Origin: Geosiphon pyriformis uo1
Lineage: Eukaryota > Fungi > Glomeromycota
Direction: 5' to 3'
Assembly (NCBI GenBank): GCA_016748015.1
Contig: JAAOMT010000661.1
Span: forward strand, 126,411-190,410
Length of the DNA stretch: 64,000 nucleotides
Shown here: positions 61,991-64,000 of the stretch, one piece after another
Layout of the letters: each line of letters opens with the position of its first letter
Numbering within the stretch: the first letter of the stretch is position 1
Notes under the pieces: generated by a model
The model's input: only the letters and a program-made list of their open reading frames with translations
Told to the model about the DNA's origin: nothing
Databases searched by the model: none
Made by a program: the position numbers and the translations under genes

Positions 61991-62681
61991 AATCGAGTAA
62001 AAATAACTTTATCACAATTACCAGTTAAAAACCAAAAAATTGGCGAATTCTCTTAGTGGGCTAAAACTTCTGGGATGTCAGTAATCAATTTTCTCAATTC
62101 TAGACTTTTAATAATTATTTTCTCATGTAGCTTTAAATCATTTATTATCAACTGCCAAATAGACATCAGAATACAAAAAAGACTTAACAATCAAATAAAA
62201 CCCCATGTGAAAGACTTCATTTTACTATTTCCAAAGCGGAATTAATTTGCAACTTTGTACATAGTTCATATTAGAAATAAATTTGTTGGTTAAGTAATCT
62301 AGCAGGCTAAGGTTGTTATACTCCTGAAATCAGATAAAATTGCTAAGCAACCTATTTCAACTGCATGATGCAATGTCAAAAAGTTGGAAAAAGTGAGCAC
62401 AAAGACGATAATGATCTTCGCAAAAAGATTACGAAATATATATTGAAAAAAATAGGTCAATATATTCTTCCTTGTCTTTGCAAAGAGTTATTACTAAACT
62501 AGATACAGAGGGAGTAGAGGTTCATATTGCACAATATGCAGACATTAAAAGCTACGGTTATTAAATTCTAAAAGCAGAAACTTTAAAGATTACCGAAAAA
62601 AGATGAAAACTTAAAGTTTAATGTCGTAACCAAAATTTAAGGCTTGCATTTGCATCAAAGTGCATAAAAAGTCTGGTTGTC

Positions 62682-64000
62682 AATGAAGATTCCCAATTTT
62701 TTTTCTTATTTAAAGGAGGTTTGAAATTTAATCAAACTTCATTATATTCTAAAAATCACTTTCTCAAGAAAAATGAATTTCGAAAATCAACCTTATCAAA
62801 GATCAAACTCTATTGGACAACCTATTTGTCATGATAACAGACATTCTTATCAACAACAACTTTATCAAAATCAATTCGTCAGAAATGAGTGTCATGTGGA
62901 GCCATCACAAATTACTTTTTTTAATAAGCAAAACCAGAATTTTGCTCATGATAATGTGAACGATGCAAATTCATCATTAAACCAAACCAAAGATTATGTG
63001 AATGCTTTTACATTAACACATCCAGGATCATCAGAAATTCGTCAGCTATCAAATTCACAATCTGAAATGCCACCCTCTTTTAATTCAGGTTTGGAAATTA
63101 TGAATAATTCCATTCAAAAAGAACAAAATAGATCCATCATGCCTATCCAGTTGCAATACACTAGGAAGAATAGTGGTCTAAACTTTCTCCCAGCTGATAA
63201 ACAAATTGACTTTACTCAAAATTATAGTTTCCAATTGAATCAATCCTTAATTAGTCAGCAAAACCCCCCACCCATTTTTGGTTCAACACCTTTTGAATTT
63301 AGAGCGGGAATCAGCTCAGTTAAGACGCTTTCTTTTCGGTAACGATAAAAATTAATTCCAATCCTTTTCCTATTTTCCTATTTTGATGTTTTTTTATTTT
63401 TTAAATTTAAATTTAAATTTTTAACTTGAGAAGTAAATTTTATTAATATTAAGTTATAAAAACAGTGTTGTATTTTGTTTTTTTATTATTTAATAAAAAT
63501 ATGAAAATGACTAGTTTCGTTAACTTAAAAACGATTGAAAGTTAGTTTTGAAAATACCTGGCCACCAATGTATAATTATGTATTATACTATGTTTAAAAG
63601 CATGTAATATTGTCTTTTTGTAAACCGATGATTGCCTACAGTCGAGAGCATATGTTACCAGTATAAATAGCTCAATTAACTGATTTTGCATTGTATTATT
63701 TTCAAAGGTTTTTTTCAATATCTTCATTAAATTAATTTTATCAAAATATCTAGAAACTTTTATTTTAATATTAAGGATAAATAACTAAATATTTTGACTA
63801 TCAGAAAACAAAGGTTTTTAATAATGAATATCATTTATATTTTGACAAAGGCATCAAGATTCGCATCTGAAATCAGGAACAACGAGCCGAAAAACGGCTG
63901 GTTTCCGTACATACGCTATGAAGACTTTACACGGCCTTTTGCCGGTTGCTGAGAGAAAAAAAGTTTATAGCAGTGAAGTAGGGTGAGGTGGAATTGTCTA
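62682..64000. repeat. Right arm of inverted duplication (runs off window end)
   Basis: Reverse complement of 55435-56753. A few mismatches are seen only at the inner ~25 bp. Confidence 0.97.
62773..63342 (+). CDS. N/Q-rich 189-aa hypothetical protein (copy 2, identical)
   Basis: Protein identical to 56093..56662. Confidence 0.65.
   Translation: MNFENQPYQRSNSIGQPICHDNRHSYQQQLYQNQFVRNECHVEPSQITFFNKQNQNFAHDNVNDANSSLNQTKDYVNAFTLTHPGSSEIRQLSNSQSEMPPSFNSGLEIMNNSIQKEQNRSIMPIQLQYTRKNSGLNFLPADKQIDFTQNYSFQLNQSLISQQNPPPIFGSTPFEFRAGISSVKTLSFR

Noticed and set aside
62150-62440. Possible further HMG relic (...AKQPISTA*...)
   Set aside because: Too degenerate; no convincing NAF motif.
1-64000. Calling the region the mating-type locus
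   Set aside because: No HD1/HD2 homeodomain genes (the proposed AM-fungal MAT) and no TPT/RNA-helicase flanks (Mucorales sex locus) were seen; HMG genes are abundant in these genomes.
1-64000. tRNA or rRNA genes
   Set aside because: None recognised by eye; a covariance-model scan would be needed to exclude small ncRNAs.

Overview
AT-rich, intron-containing eukaryotic DNA that looks like an arbuscular-mycorrhizal (Glomeromycota) fungus. This is inferred from expanded MATA-HMG genes, a GIN1-like gene, TKL-kinase relics and the TE types. Main content: (1) a dispersed cluster of about 7 MATA-type HMG-box genes or pseudogenes; (2) a 6-exon GIN1-like gene (10891-12721) fusing an AIG1/GIMAP GTPase to a complete Hedgehog-type Hog module (Hint plus a sterol-recognition-like region), with two GC-AG introns; (3) a ~21-exon dual hybrid histidine kinase (18626-25959, minus); (4) two tandem paralogues of an unrecognised C2H2-finger protein; (5) a full-length but dead pogo/Tigger transposon, a hypermutated long-TIR DNA transposon, several Tc1 relics and a LINE 3' end; (6) a near-identical inverted duplication of at least 1.3 kb (55435-56753 / 62682-64000+) bracketing a ~5.9 kb segment with HMG pseudogenes, a layout that could be invertible. 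All gene models and alignments were made by eye.
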